Assembly: GCA_022843095.1 (NCBI GenBank)
Contig: JALHOH010000002.1
Location: forward strand, 60,001-92,000
Source: Candidatus Saccharimonadota bacterium
Lineage (GTDB): Bacteria; Patescibacteriota; Patescibacteriia; 2-12-FULL-60-25
Length of the DNA stretch: 32,000 bases
Reading direction: 5' to 3'
Shown: positions 7,767 to 16,640 of the stretch, in pieces
How positions within the stretch are numbered: the stretch's first letter is position 1
How the letters are laid out: each line of letters begins with the position of its first letter
Translations under genes and position numbers: made by a program
The notes under the pieces: model-generated
Told to the model about the DNA's origin: nothing
What the model saw: only the letters and a program-made list of their open reading frames with translations
The model's database searches: none

Positions 7767-8315
7767 TTATGCGCAGGGGAACGAGGCGAGGATGTCGAAC
7801 CCATCCCGTTTGCGCGCGCAGAGTTGGAGCGACGTTGGTTGAAAATGAACGACGTCCAAAAGCGTCACGCGTAGATCGCGCAGGTCGGGAGACCACGGGG
7901 TCGAGCCGACGGTGATGAGAGGGAGCCACGCATTCGCCTCTTCCTCCGGCAAAAACGCGTGGAGCTTGGCGCGAATGGCCATGCGAACGAGCGGAAGGTT
8001 CGTCCGTCGATCTGTCGAACCGGTGAGTGCCAGGTATCCGATCGCTGGATTGCCGCGGCCTTGGAACACCCGCCAGGTATCCAGCACGAAGGCGGCGTGT
8101 GGCGCGGCTTCTCCGAACAGCTCTCCAAGCCGTTCGATGACGAGGGATTCCTGTTCGGCTGCGATCGTATCCAGAAACAGGAGTTGTAGACGGTAGCCCG
8201 TCGTCAGGATGGGGGAACAGGGGGCATTGTGGGGGAGAATGACCCCGTTGAACGCCTCCTTGATCTGCGTTTTCGTGTGATCGTCCAGGGCGTAGGCGAG
8301 AAAGAGCTTTCGCAT
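7767..8315 (-). CDS. LigT/2H-phosphoesterase-like protein with both HxT/S motifs degenerate (tentative)
   Basis: Part of ORF 7767..8360. The start at 8315 is preceded by GGAGG and a 5-nt spacer. The layout MRKLFLAYAL...YRLQLLFLD...FVLDTWRVF..PAIGYLAL...WLPLITVGS mirrors LigT, but both catalytic His positions are replaced. Confidence 0.4.
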   Translation of the reverse strand: MRKLFLAYALDDHTKTQIKEAFNGVILPHNAPCSPILTTGYRLQLLFLDTIAAEQESLVIERLGELFGEAAPHAAFVLDTWRVFQGRGNPAIGYLALTGSTDRRTNLPLVRMAIRAKLHAFLPEEEANAWLPLITVGSTPWSPDLRDLRVTLLDVVHFQPTSLQLCARKRDGFDILASFPCA

Positions 8316-8391
8316 CACGACCTCCGCCCGTACCCCACCAATGTTCGTGGGCTTTGTCAATTTGCGAGCCGTTCGCTAGGATGACCGAACT

Positions 8392-9873
8392 ATGTCGTCT
8401 CTCTCGACGTCTCCGGTGCGCGTCCGATTTGCCCCAAGCCCAACGGGGTTTTTGCATATTGGTGGGCTTCGCACCGCATTTTATAACTGGCTCATGGCAC
8501 GACGTCATGGCGGAACCTTCCTTCTGCGCGTTGAAGACACGGATCGCGCGCGATTGGTGGAAGGGGCGATCGAGAACCTGACGCGATCCCTCGCGGCCGT
8601 TGGCGTGCAGCCGGATGAAGGGTTTCGGTGGGAAGTGGGGCGCCTGGTCGAATCCGGACCACATGCCCCGTATTTGCAATCCGAACGGCGCGAACGCCAT
8701 CGTCAGTATGCGCTGGAACTCATCGAAAAAGGGCACGCATATTATTGTTTTTGCACCAAAGAACGGTTAGAGAAAATGGCCGAAGAGCAGCGGTTGCTGA
8801 AGCAGGCGACCATGTATGATCGTGCCTGTCGTCGGTTGACCAAAGAAGAGGCAGCGGCGCGGGTCGTGGCGGGTGAAACGCATGTCATTCGCCTTGCCGT
8901 TCCGACCGAAGGGACGATCGTGATGCACGATGTTATCCGCGGTCGCATTGAATATCCGTGGGTCCAGATCGATGATCCGGTGCTCATGAAGTCTGACGGC
9001 TATCCGACCTATCATTTGGCCGCCATTTGCGACGATCATGACATGCAAATCACCCATGTCATTCGTGGAGAGGAGTGGCTTTCGTCGTTGCCGAAGCACC
9101 TGTTCTTGTTTCAGGCGATGGGTTGGGAAGCGCCGCAGTACGCCCACTTGCCACTGCTCTTGAATGCGGATCGTTCAAAGCTTTCCAAACGTCAGGGTGA
9201 CGTCGCCGTAGAAGATTATTTGACGAAGGGCTATTTGCCGGAAGCGTTGTTGAATTTTGTCGCGTTGCTTGGATGGAATCCGACGGGCGATCGGGAAGTG
9301 TACACGCCGGATGAATTGGCAACCTTGTTTGATTTGGAGAAGGTGAATAAAGCGGGCGCGGTATTTAATGTGGAAAAGTTGGATTGGTTGAACAGCGTGT
9401 ATTTGAAGCAAATGACGGATGGGGAGTATTTGGCCGTGTGTCGTCCGTGGATGGAGGGGGTGCATGCGGATGCGAGTTTTGTGGATCGTGCGTGCTTGCT
9501 TGTGCGTGAACGATTGGTGAAGCTCGTGGATCTCAAGGAATTGACGGCGTTTTTGTTCCCGGATGCGCTTGCGTACGAATCGTCGCTTTTGTGTTGGAAA
9601 GAACAGTCTCCAGCCTCGGCGCGTGAAAAATTGTTTGTCTTGCGCGAATTCTTGAATGAACGCCCGGAGGATCAGTTTGGAAAAGGGGATGTGGAGCGTG
9701 ATGTTCGTGCGCTGATCGCAGAGAAAGGCTGGCAAAATGGAGAGGCGCTTTGGCCGTTGCGTGTGGCGCTTTCTGGATTAAAGCAATCGCCTGGGCCGTT
9801 TGAGCTCTTGGAAGCCTACGGAAAAGCACGTGCACTTGCCCGCATAGACGCCGCCATCCAAAAACTGGCATAA
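8392..9873 (+). CDS. gltX: glutamate--tRNA ligase
   Basis: Class I signature RFAPSPTGFLHIGGLRTA (HIGH), a KLSKRQG (KMSKS-type) motif, and LRVEDTDRAR. Confidence 0.92.
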   Translation: MSSLSTSPVRVRFAPSPTGFLHIGGLRTAFYNWLMARRHGGTFLLRVEDTDRARLVEGAIENLTRSLAAVGVQPDEGFRWEVGRLVESGPHAPYLQSERRERHRQYALELIEKGHAYYCFCTKERLEKMAEEQRLLKQATMYDRACRRLTKEEAAARVVAGETHVIRLAVPTEGTIVMHDVIRGRIEYPWVQIDDPVLMKSDGYPTYHLAAICDDHDMQITHVIRGEEWLSSLPKHLFLFQAMGWEAPQYAHLPLLLNADRSKLSKRQGDVAVEDYLTKGYLPEALLNFVALLGWNPTGDREVYTPDELATLFDLEKVNKAGAVFNVEKLDWLNSVYLKQMTDGEYLAVCRPWMEGVHADASFVDRACLLVRERLVKLVDLKELTAFLFPDALAYESSLLCWKEQSPASAREKLFVLREFLNERPEDQFGKGDVERDVRALIAEKGWQNGEALWPLRVALSGLKQSPGPFELLEAYGKARALARIDAAIQKLA

Positions 9874-11183
9874 TGGAACCCGTGGGATACCGTCCACGGG
9901 TTTTCCTTGCCTTCACGCTCATCGCCGTATGCGCGACGCTTGTGTTTCCACATGCGGGCATGGCGGCAGACGAGCATTTTGAAGGGGATGGCCACGACCA
10001 TTCCAAAGAAGAAGAGTTGGAGGCAGAAATGGATCGCCAAGGAGGATCAACCAAGGAACAGGTGGATGCGCTAAACAAAGCCGTGGAAGATAAACAGCGT
10101 CGTATCAAGCAATTGGACGGGACGATTTCGACGTACAAGCAAAAAATCCAGCAACAACAGGCCGCGGCGGCATCGCTCGCCAACCAGGTGGCGTTGCTTG
10201 AGAACCGCATTCAAGAAAAAGATCTCGCGGTCGAGCGGACAAAGCAGCAAATCGAGCTGTCGAATTTGGAGATTCAGGCCGTTTCAAACCAGATCCAGCT
10301 AGAAAAACAGACCATCGCGCGTCGCCAAGCGGCGATCGGTGAGTTGATCCGTCAAATGGCGCAAGCGGACCAAGTTTCAACATTGGATGCGTTCCTTGCC
10401 CGGCCGTCGCTCTCGGAATTATTTGCGCGGTTAGATGAACTCAAGCAGGTCGAACAGGAGCTTGTTTCGGCGACGCAATCCGTGAAGTTGTCCAAGGAGA
10501 CGTTTGAGATCAAAAAAGCGGAGCTGGAAACCCATCGAGTCGCTTTACAGGCAAAAACCAAAGAGTTGGAAGAGGAGCAAAAGCAATTGGAGGCGGATCG
10601 TTCTGCGAAGGTGTCCCTCGTTTCTGAAACAAGCGAACGCGAGGATGAATTCCAGCGCATTTTGTATGAACTACGTCAGCAGCAGCAAAGCGAAGCGGAT
10701 GAAGTGGTAGCGCTGCGTGATAAATTGAAGGATACGTTGGATGCCGTGGATGAGGCGCTGGCACGCGGAGATATCTTGCTGGATTGGCCTTTTACAACGG
10801 TGAAGCGCGTGTCGGCCCGGTTTCATGATCCGACCTATCCGTTTCGCAAGATGTTCGAACACCCGGGGATCGACCTCCCAGCCCCGGTTGGAACTCCCAT
10901 CAAGGCGGCAGCAGGCGGATACGTCGCCTGGCTGAAAACCGGTAAACAATACGGGAACTACATCATGCTTGTGCATCCGGGAGGGATTGCGACGGTCTAC
11001 GCCCACCTTTCGGGATTCGCCGTGAAGCCGGATACGTATGTCGAGCGCGGGGATATCATCGGGTATTCTGGAGGGATGCCGGGGGCAAAGGGCGCGGGGC
11101 TTTCGACCGGTCCACACTTGCACTTTGAAGTCCGGTTAAATGGGATCCCGGTGAATCCAGAAAACTATCTTCCAAGTCTGTAA
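9873..11183 (+). CDS. M23-family metallopeptidase with long N-terminal coiled coil (EnvC-like)
   Basis: There is a signal-like N-terminus and a Q/E/K/L-rich heptad region. The C-terminal M23 motifs are HPGIDLPAPVGTPIKAAAGG...YAHLS...GPHLHFEVRLNG. Confidence 0.85.
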   Translation: MEPVGYRPRVFLAFTLIAVCATLVFPHAGMAADEHFEGDGHDHSKEEELEAEMDRQGGSTKEQVDALNKAVEDKQRRIKQLDGTISTYKQKIQQQQAAAASLANQVALLENRIQEKDLAVERTKQQIELSNLEIQAVSNQIQLEKQTIARRQAAIGELIRQMAQADQVSTLDAFLARPSLSELFARLDELKQVEQELVSATQSVKLSKETFEIKKAELETHRVALQAKTKELEEEQKQLEADRSAKVSLVSETSEREDEFQRILYELRQQQQSEADEVVALRDKLKDTLDAVDEALARGDILLDWPFTTVKRVSARFHDPTYPFRKMFEHPGIDLPAPVGTPIKAAAGGYVAWLKTGKQYGNYIMLVHPGGIATVYAHLSGFAVKPDTYVERGDIIGYSGGMPGAKGAGLSTGPHLHFEVRLNGIPVNPENYLPSL

Positions 11184-11193
11184 CCTTTCATCT

Positions 11194-11523
11194 ATGGCGA
11201 TGCCAAAAAACATGCCCCCGCTCACAGGTGCGCGCGAACGGTTTCATCAAACCACTAAAATTGCGCTTGAAAAGAATATTGAGCGCGAGAAGGAAAAATG
11301 CGTGCGACAATTGGAGCTGATTAACGCCTACCTGGATGAGTTTCTGGAACGCAACGACATGGAGGCGATGGAGGCATGCACGATCGCCTTGGATCTTTTT
11401 ACGAAGAAATTAAAAGACCTGTCCAAATTTCCAACGTCGGAGGGAAAGGAATCGCTGCGTGTCGAGCGTGGAGCGGATGAAGAATCGCTTGAGCTCACGG
11501 ACGAGGACTTGGAAGCAGCCTAA
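11194..11523 (+). CDS. hypothetical acidic helical protein
   Basis: It is an ORF with no recognisable motif and sits in a compact arrangement after the M23 gene. The coding status is plausible but unproven. Confidence 0.4.
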   Translation: MAMPKNMPPLTGARERFHQTTKIALEKNIEREKEKCVRQLELINAYLDEFLERNDMEAMEACTIALDLFTKKLKDLSKFPTSEGKESLRVERGADEESLELTDEDLEAA

Positions 11524-11525
11524 CC

Positions 11526-11565
11526 AAAACGACCCTGCCAGTAAGTCTGGCGGGGTCGTTTTTTT
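11526..11565. terminator. bidirectional intrinsic terminator between convergent genes
   Basis: A 13-bp stem pairs acgaccctgccag with ctggcggggtcgt (one G-U) around the loop taagt. It is flanked by an A-run (11526-11529) and a T-run (11560-11565). Confidence 0.75.
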
Positions 11566-12553
11566 AGACGATGGTCTGGAGAATCTGATCCACTTCTTCC
11601 ACGGTCGAGACGCGCACGAGTTTACTGCGCAGCTCTTTGCTTTTATGTGATTGCTTGAAATACCAGGGCAGGTGTTTGCGAAGTTTGGTGAGTCCGCCCG
11701 GTCCGTAGTGGTCGATTTGTAGGCGAACGTGCGTGCGGATGGTCTCGCGAATTTCTTCGAGCGTGGGCTCCGGAAGTACTACTCCGGTCATGAGATAGGT
11801 TTCCACGCGTTTGGCGAACCACGGGTTTCCGAGGAGTCCACGACCGATCAATACCCCATCGGCTCCAGAACGAGTCAGTGCTTCTTTTGCGAGCGCAGGC
11901 GTTGTGATATCGCCGTTCACGAGCACGGGGAGGTGGGGGATCTGGCGACGCGCCTCACCCACTCGGTCCCAGTTGGCGACCCCGCTGTATCCTTGTTCTT
12001 TGGTGCGTCCATGGATCGACACCAAATCCGCGCCGGCATCGGCAACCACCTTTACGAATTCCAAACAATCCGTGTCATGCTTCCAGCCAAGACGCGTTTT
12101 GACCGACACGGGGCAGGGAACAGCCTGCTTCATCGCACGAACAATGGCGGCGGCGCGATCCGGTTCACGAATAAGTGCTGCGCCATTAAAATTGCAGACG
12201 ATGTTGTACACGGGACACCCCATGTTGATGTCGATCCCATCCGGTTGGTACCTCTCGTAAATGATGCGTGCCGCCTCTGCCATCGTGGCCGGATCGCTCC
12301 CAAAGATCTGCTGGACGAGAGGTCGTTCTCGTTGGTCAAATTCCGCCATTTTGAGCGTTTTTGGATTCTGTCGTACGATGGCTTCAGAGGACACCATCTC
12401 CCGAAACATCAATCCAACCCCCTTATCCTTGCAGATTAGGCAAAAGGGGAGATCCGTCATATCTGCCATCGGCGCAAGCGCCACGATGGGACGGGGGAGG
12501 GAGGACCAATCGATCATGCGGCGGAGAATAGAGGATTTTTCAAAAATATTCAA
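11564..12553 (-). CDS. dus: tRNA-dihydrouridine synthase
   Basis: Dus-family TIM-barrel signatures are VALAPMADMTDLPF...QIFGSDP...GIDINMGCP...VSVKTRLGW...IHGRT. Confidence 0.88.
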   Translation of the reverse strand: MNIFEKSSILRRMIDWSSLPRPIVALAPMADMTDLPFCLICKDKGVGLMFREMVSSEAIVRQNPKTLKMAEFDQRERPLVQQIFGSDPATMAEAARIIYERYQPDGIDINMGCPVYNIVCNFNGAALIREPDRAAAIVRAMKQAVPCPVSVKTRLGWKHDTDCLEFVKVVADAGADLVSIHGRTKEQGYSGVANWDRVGEARRQIPHLPVLVNGDITTPALAKEALTRSGADGVLIGRGLLGNPWFAKRVETYLMTGVVLPEPTLEEIRETIRTHVRLQIDHYGPGGLTKLRKHLPWYFKQSHKSKELRSKLVRVSTVEEVDQILQTIV

Positions 12554-12651
12554 TCGTTTACGTTATCTTGCTTCACGAGCACTTTAAATGCATGAGCTTG
12601 TTTCACGGCTCGCGCGTCTGCTGAAAAATCTGGGTGTGGTATCATAGATGT

Positions 12652-13521
12652 ATGTACAAACATGCAAGTAAAGTCGTCGTAGGTGCAGCCATCGTGATTT
12701 TGATGATCGTCTGCTTGGCTGTCGTCGAATACGGGATGGGTACTGAGGCTCGTTTGGTTATTTTAGAGCAGCAGTATCACAGACTTTTTGGCGCACCAAC
12801 GAATCCACAAGAGAGCGCATCCTTGTTGGACACGAGACAGCCCGTGCTAGCATCGCAGGATGACAGAATTGAAGAACTTGAAAATCGTGTTAATAAATTG
12901 GAGACACTAGCCTTTGCTCCGCGAGATGCGAAGGGAAGAATGGTGCTAAGTACGTCAGGCATCGCCTTACTAAGTAGCGAGGTCGGTTCGATGGATCGAT
13001 TCTTTAGTAATTGGAATTCGAATTCACGAGCGTATCAAGAGTCTATTGCCATCGATGATCCTAAAATGAGACTTGTTGTCCCGTATGATACTTCTTGGGG
13101 AAATGATCTTATTGGGGTTTTGCCGTTTGAAGTAGGGGGCGGTGAGGAGCATTCTTCAAACGTTATTCTGTTCGGACCGGTAACTCTAAGCGAGATGCTG
13201 GGTACGAGTAGATGGTATGGGTTCCGTGACGTTTCTAGGCGAACCATTGAGCAAGCGTTGCAAGATTCAGGAAGCGTCACGGAAGATGAAACCGCAGAAG
13301 AAAGTGATGGATGTAGTGGACCTTCGCGAAAGGCGACCAAGGAAAAAGATATTGTAAAAATTGGTCCGAATACAGCATTGCGTTTGCGGTTTTCACATTG
13401 TGAAGGCGGGAGTATCTCGTTCGAAGTTTTTGGCGCACGCGCAAATTACCTCTTCTACTCCGATCCTTATCTGGAAGAATCAGGATTGCGCTGGACGATT
13501 GAGCGGTTTCGGGAGCGGTAG
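12652..13521 (+). CDS. hypothetical membrane-anchored protein (orphan)
   Basis: Part of ORF 12634..13521; I prefer the ATG at 12652 over the GTG at 12634. It has an N-terminal TM helix (VVVGAAIVILMIVCLAVV) and no recognisable domain. It looks visibly more AT-rich than its flanks. Confidence 0.5.
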   Translation: MYKHASKVVVGAAIVILMIVCLAVVEYGMGTEARLVILEQQYHRLFGAPTNPQESASLLDTRQPVLASQDDRIEELENRVNKLETLAFAPRDAKGRMVLSTSGIALLSSEVGSMDRFFSNWNSNSRAYQESIAIDDPKMRLVVPYDTSWGNDLIGVLPFEVGGGEEHSSNVILFGPVTLSEMLGTSRWYGFRDVSRRTIEQALQDSGSVTEDETAEESDGCSGPSRKATKEKDIVKIGPNTALRLRFSHCEGGSISFEVFGARANYLFYSDPYLEESGLRWTIERFRER

Positions 13522-13567
13522 AGAGTGGCGCATGGCGCAGAACGAGAAGTTCCCGTAAGCTTTGTGC

Positions 13568-15652
13568 ATGAACGAACGTTTTGCTCTGACGTCAAAATAC
13601 GCCCCTTCCGGTGACCAGCCGGAAGCGATTCAGCAGTTAACGGAGGGGCTCGCGAAGAACTACCGTTTTCAAACGCTTCTGGGCGCGACCGGCACGGGGA
13701 AGACGTTTACGATGGCGAACGTGATCCAGAACGTCCAAAAACCGACGCTCGTGATTGCGCATAACAAAACGCTCGCCGCGCAGTTGTGTAACGAGTTCCG
13801 CCAATTTTTTCCCGAGAACGCAGTGGAATATTTTGTTTCGTATTACGATTACTATCAGCCGGAGGCGTACATTCCGCGCAGCGACACCTACATCGAAAAA
13901 GAAGCGATGATCAACGAGGAGATTGATCGGTTGCGGCATTCGGCGACGCAGGCGCTTCTGACGCGCAAGGACGTGATCATCTGTGCGTCGGTGTCGTGTA
14001 TTTATGGTCTTGGGGCACCGGAGGCGTACGAAAAAATCATCTTGCATCTAAAAAAAGGGGATGACGTGGCGCGGCAGGAGGCGTTGACGCGGTTGATTGA
14101 GATGCAATTCGTGCGCACCAACGCGGATGTGATGCGCGGCCAGTTTCGGGCGCGTGGCGAGGTGTTAGAGATCATGCCAGTGAACGAAGAGGTGGTGTAC
14201 CGCATCGAAGCGCCGCGCGGGATTGTCCAAGGGATTTATCGGTTGGATCCTGTGACGCGCAAGGTGACGCGCGAGCAGGAGGAGTTGTGGGTGTTTCCGG
14301 CAAAGCACTTTGTGACGCTCGGGCCGGATCGAGAACGTGCGATCAAGGAAATTCGAGAGGAGTTGAAAGAACGTCTGGCGTATTTTGAGAAACACGGAAA
14401 ATTATTGGAGGCCGAACGGTTGGAGCGCAAGACGAAGTTCGATTTGGAGATGATCGAAAATCTGGGGTACTGCAACGGGATAGAAAACTATTCCCGCCCA
14501 TTGTCCGGCCGACCGGCAGGGGCGCCACCGGATACGTTGTTTTCGTATTTTCCGGATGACTTTTTGTTGGTCATCGATGAATCGCATGTCACGGTACCGC
14601 AGCTTGGAGGGATGTATGAAGGCGATCGTTCGCGTAAAGAAACGTTGGTGGAATATGGATTCCGCCTGCCATCGGCGAAGGATAACCGTCCCCTCAAATT
14701 CCCGGAATTGGAGGCAAAGATGAAGGCGGTGGTGTTTGTCTCCGCGACGCCGGGTGCGTATGAATTTGCGCATTCAACGCAGGTCGTCGAACAGATCATT
14801 CGTCCGACGGGGCTTGTGGATCCGGAGGTGTTGGTGTTGCCGATTACCCCAAAACACGGCGAGAAAGGGCAGGTAGATGATCTGCTTGCGCGGATTCCGG
14901 AGGTGTTGGAGCGCAATGAACGCGTGCTTGTGACAACGCTCACCAAAAAGATGGCGGAGGATCTGTCCGAATTCATGAAAGAAAAGAAGATGAAGGTCCG
15001 CTATTTGCATAGCGACATCGACACGATCGAGCGGTTGGAGATTCTTTCCGAGTTTCGCAAAGGAACATATGACATTATCGTCGGCGTGAACCTCCTTCGC
15101 GAAGGGTTGGATTTGCCGGAGGTGTCGCTTGTGGCGATTCTCGATGCAGATAAAGAAGGGTTTTTGCGTTCCGAGACGTCACTGATCCAAACCATCGGTC
15201 GTGCGGCACGTAACGTGCGCGGACAGGTGGTGCTCTACGCCGACGAAATGACGGGATCGATGAAGAACGCCATCCGGGAAACCGAACGTCGTCGTGCAAA
15301 ACAGTTGGCGTACAATGCGCTCCATGGCATCACGCCAAAAACCATCCTGAAAGCGCAGGAGGATTTGCGTGTCATGCTGGGATTATCCACGGAAGAAAAG
15401 GATGTGAAGGAGATCCTGAAACTCGAGCTCAGCGCAGAGACCCACGGACTTGAGCAGGTGAAAAAGCAAAAAGAGAAGGAGATGAAAGACGCAGCGAAGA
15501 ATCTCGAGTTTGAGTTGGCCGCCATTCTCCGCGATGAACTTGCCGTGCTGGAAAAAGAATTACGCAAACGCGAAAAAGGTGCGCCCTTGCCAGATGCGGA
15601 ACGAAAAAAGCTGGCGAAAAAGCGCCAGCCTCGACATGGGAGAACGCGTTAA
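13568..15652 (+). CDS. uvrB: excinuclease ABC subunit B
   Basis: Signatures are SKYAPSGDQPEAI, the Walker A LLGATGTGKTFT, and the C-terminal UVR domain EFELAAILRDELAVLEKEL. I prefer the ATG at 13568 over the TTG at 13562. Confidence 0.93.
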   Translation: MNERFALTSKYAPSGDQPEAIQQLTEGLAKNYRFQTLLGATGTGKTFTMANVIQNVQKPTLVIAHNKTLAAQLCNEFRQFFPENAVEYFVSYYDYYQPEAYIPRSDTYIEKEAMINEEIDRLRHSATQALLTRKDVIICASVSCIYGLGAPEAYEKIILHLKKGDDVARQEALTRLIEMQFVRTNADVMRGQFRARGEVLEIMPVNEEVVYRIEAPRGIVQGIYRLDPVTRKVTREQEELWVFPAKHFVTLGPDRERAIKEIREELKERLAYFEKHGKLLEAERLERKTKFDLEMIENLGYCNGIENYSRPLSGRPAGAPPDTLFSYFPDDFLLVIDESHVTVPQLGGMYEGDRSRKETLVEYGFRLPSAKDNRPLKFPELEAKMKAVVFVSATPGAYEFAHSTQVVEQIIRPTGLVDPEVLVLPITPKHGEKGQVDDLLARIPEVLERNERVLVTTLTKKMAEDLSEFMKEKKMKVRYLHSDIDTIERLEILSEFRKGTYDIIVGVNLLREGLDLPEVSLVAILDADKEGFLRSETSLIQTIGRAARNVRGQVVLYADEMTGSMKNAIRETERRRAKQLAYNALHGITPKTILKAQEDLRVMLGLSTEEKDVKEILKLELSAETHGLEQVKKQKEKEMKDAAKNLEFELAAILRDELAVLEKELRKREKGAPLPDAERKKLAKKRQPRHGRTR

Positions 15653-16554
15653 TGCGTCTCTCCGTGTGCTTCTTCGGGTTGTGCTGCCGTACGCGTTTTG
15701 ACGTCGACGGTGATGGGGAATGTGTGGACGGTGCTGTCGAGATTGAATTGGGCGTACAGGGTGTAGCGTCCCGGCGTCGGAAACTCGACCGCAAACCCAA
15801 GGGATCCATCTTTTGGCGCGGCGTTATCCAGCGGATGCGTGTGAGCAAAGACGAGCGCATCAAAATGTTTGAGCGCGACCACATGGCCATAGGCGCCCAA
15901 ATATGGATCAAACGCAGGCGGCGTCCCTTCGCGCGTCACGACGTATCGCACGTTGTTCCATCCCGTGACGAGTTCGGTGTTTTCCGCCGTTTCTAGGGTG
16001 ACATAATACCCATCCGTTCGGACGGCGCGATCGACGTTTGGATTTGGCTCTGCGTATGTCGGCGTTCCGGCGACCTTAAAGGAATCATGAAACACCATCG
16101 GCGTTTCTTGAAGAGGCGTCACATCGACGTAGATGTAGTAGTCACCCGGTTCGGTGAACGAGACGTCCGTGACCCAAGCGCCATCCACGAATTCAGGATG
16201 GAGGTGCTGAAATTGCGTCATGTCTTTGCGGACCAGCAAAAGGTGCACCAGCTTCTCGTGAACAAGTTGTAGCTGTTCCGGATCCAGCGGGGTACGATCT
16301 TTATTGAATAGTTGGAAGGCGAGTGTTTGTTTTCCTAACGAAAATTGTTGGGTCGCCAAACGGAACCGGCTCTCAATGATCGCGCGATTATTGGTGGGAG
16401 ACGTGGACGAGGTGATAGATTCAAAATCCTGAATGCGATGGCGTACGTCTTGAATCAGGGTTTCTTGAGAGGTCTTGGTTTCATGCGCTCCATCACAGCC
16501 GGCGCCAAGAAGGACAAGAAGCATCGCAGAGAGCGACAATACACGAGAGGACAT
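15649..16554 (-). CDS. secreted/lipoprotein-like hypothetical protein with HxHP motifs
   Basis: The signal peptide is MSSRVLSLSAMLLVLLGAGC, with a near-lipobox Cys. The beta-rich mature part carries QHLHPEF and AHTHPLD motifs and a C-terminal EEAHGETH. Confidence 0.6.
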   Translation of the reverse strand: MSSRVLSLSAMLLVLLGAGCDGAHETKTSQETLIQDVRHRIQDFESITSSTSPTNNRAIIESRFRLATQQFSLGKQTLAFQLFNKDRTPLDPEQLQLVHEKLVHLLLVRKDMTQFQHLHPEFVDGAWVTDVSFTEPGDYYIYVDVTPLQETPMVFHDSFKVAGTPTYAEPNPNVDRAVRTDGYYVTLETAENTELVTGWNNVRYVVTREGTPPAFDPYLGAYGHVVALKHFDALVFAHTHPLDNAAPKDGSLGFAVEFPTPGRYTLYAQFNLDSTVHTFPITVDVKTRTAAQPEEAHGETH

Positions 16555-16640
16555 ATGCTAAATCTGTAACATGCAGGGGATAAACGCGTCTAGCAGACGG
16601 ATTGTTTGCGCCGGTATCCCTTTCCCGTTACATTCCGGAC

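Noticed and set aside
7495-8736. A 413-aa minus-strand ORF spanning the GT26 3' end, the LigT-like gene and the gltX 5' end.
   Set aside because: It overlaps three better-supported genes in other frames. Its composition is Arg/Pro/Ser/His-rich and it has no motifs, so it is a shadow ORF.
10877-10887. An 11-nt match (cccagccccgg) to the tRNA-Asn 3' region inside the M23 peptidase gene.
   Set aside because: It lies upstream of the tRNA, inside an intact conserved coding motif (DLPAPVG), and is short and GC-rich, so it is coincidental.
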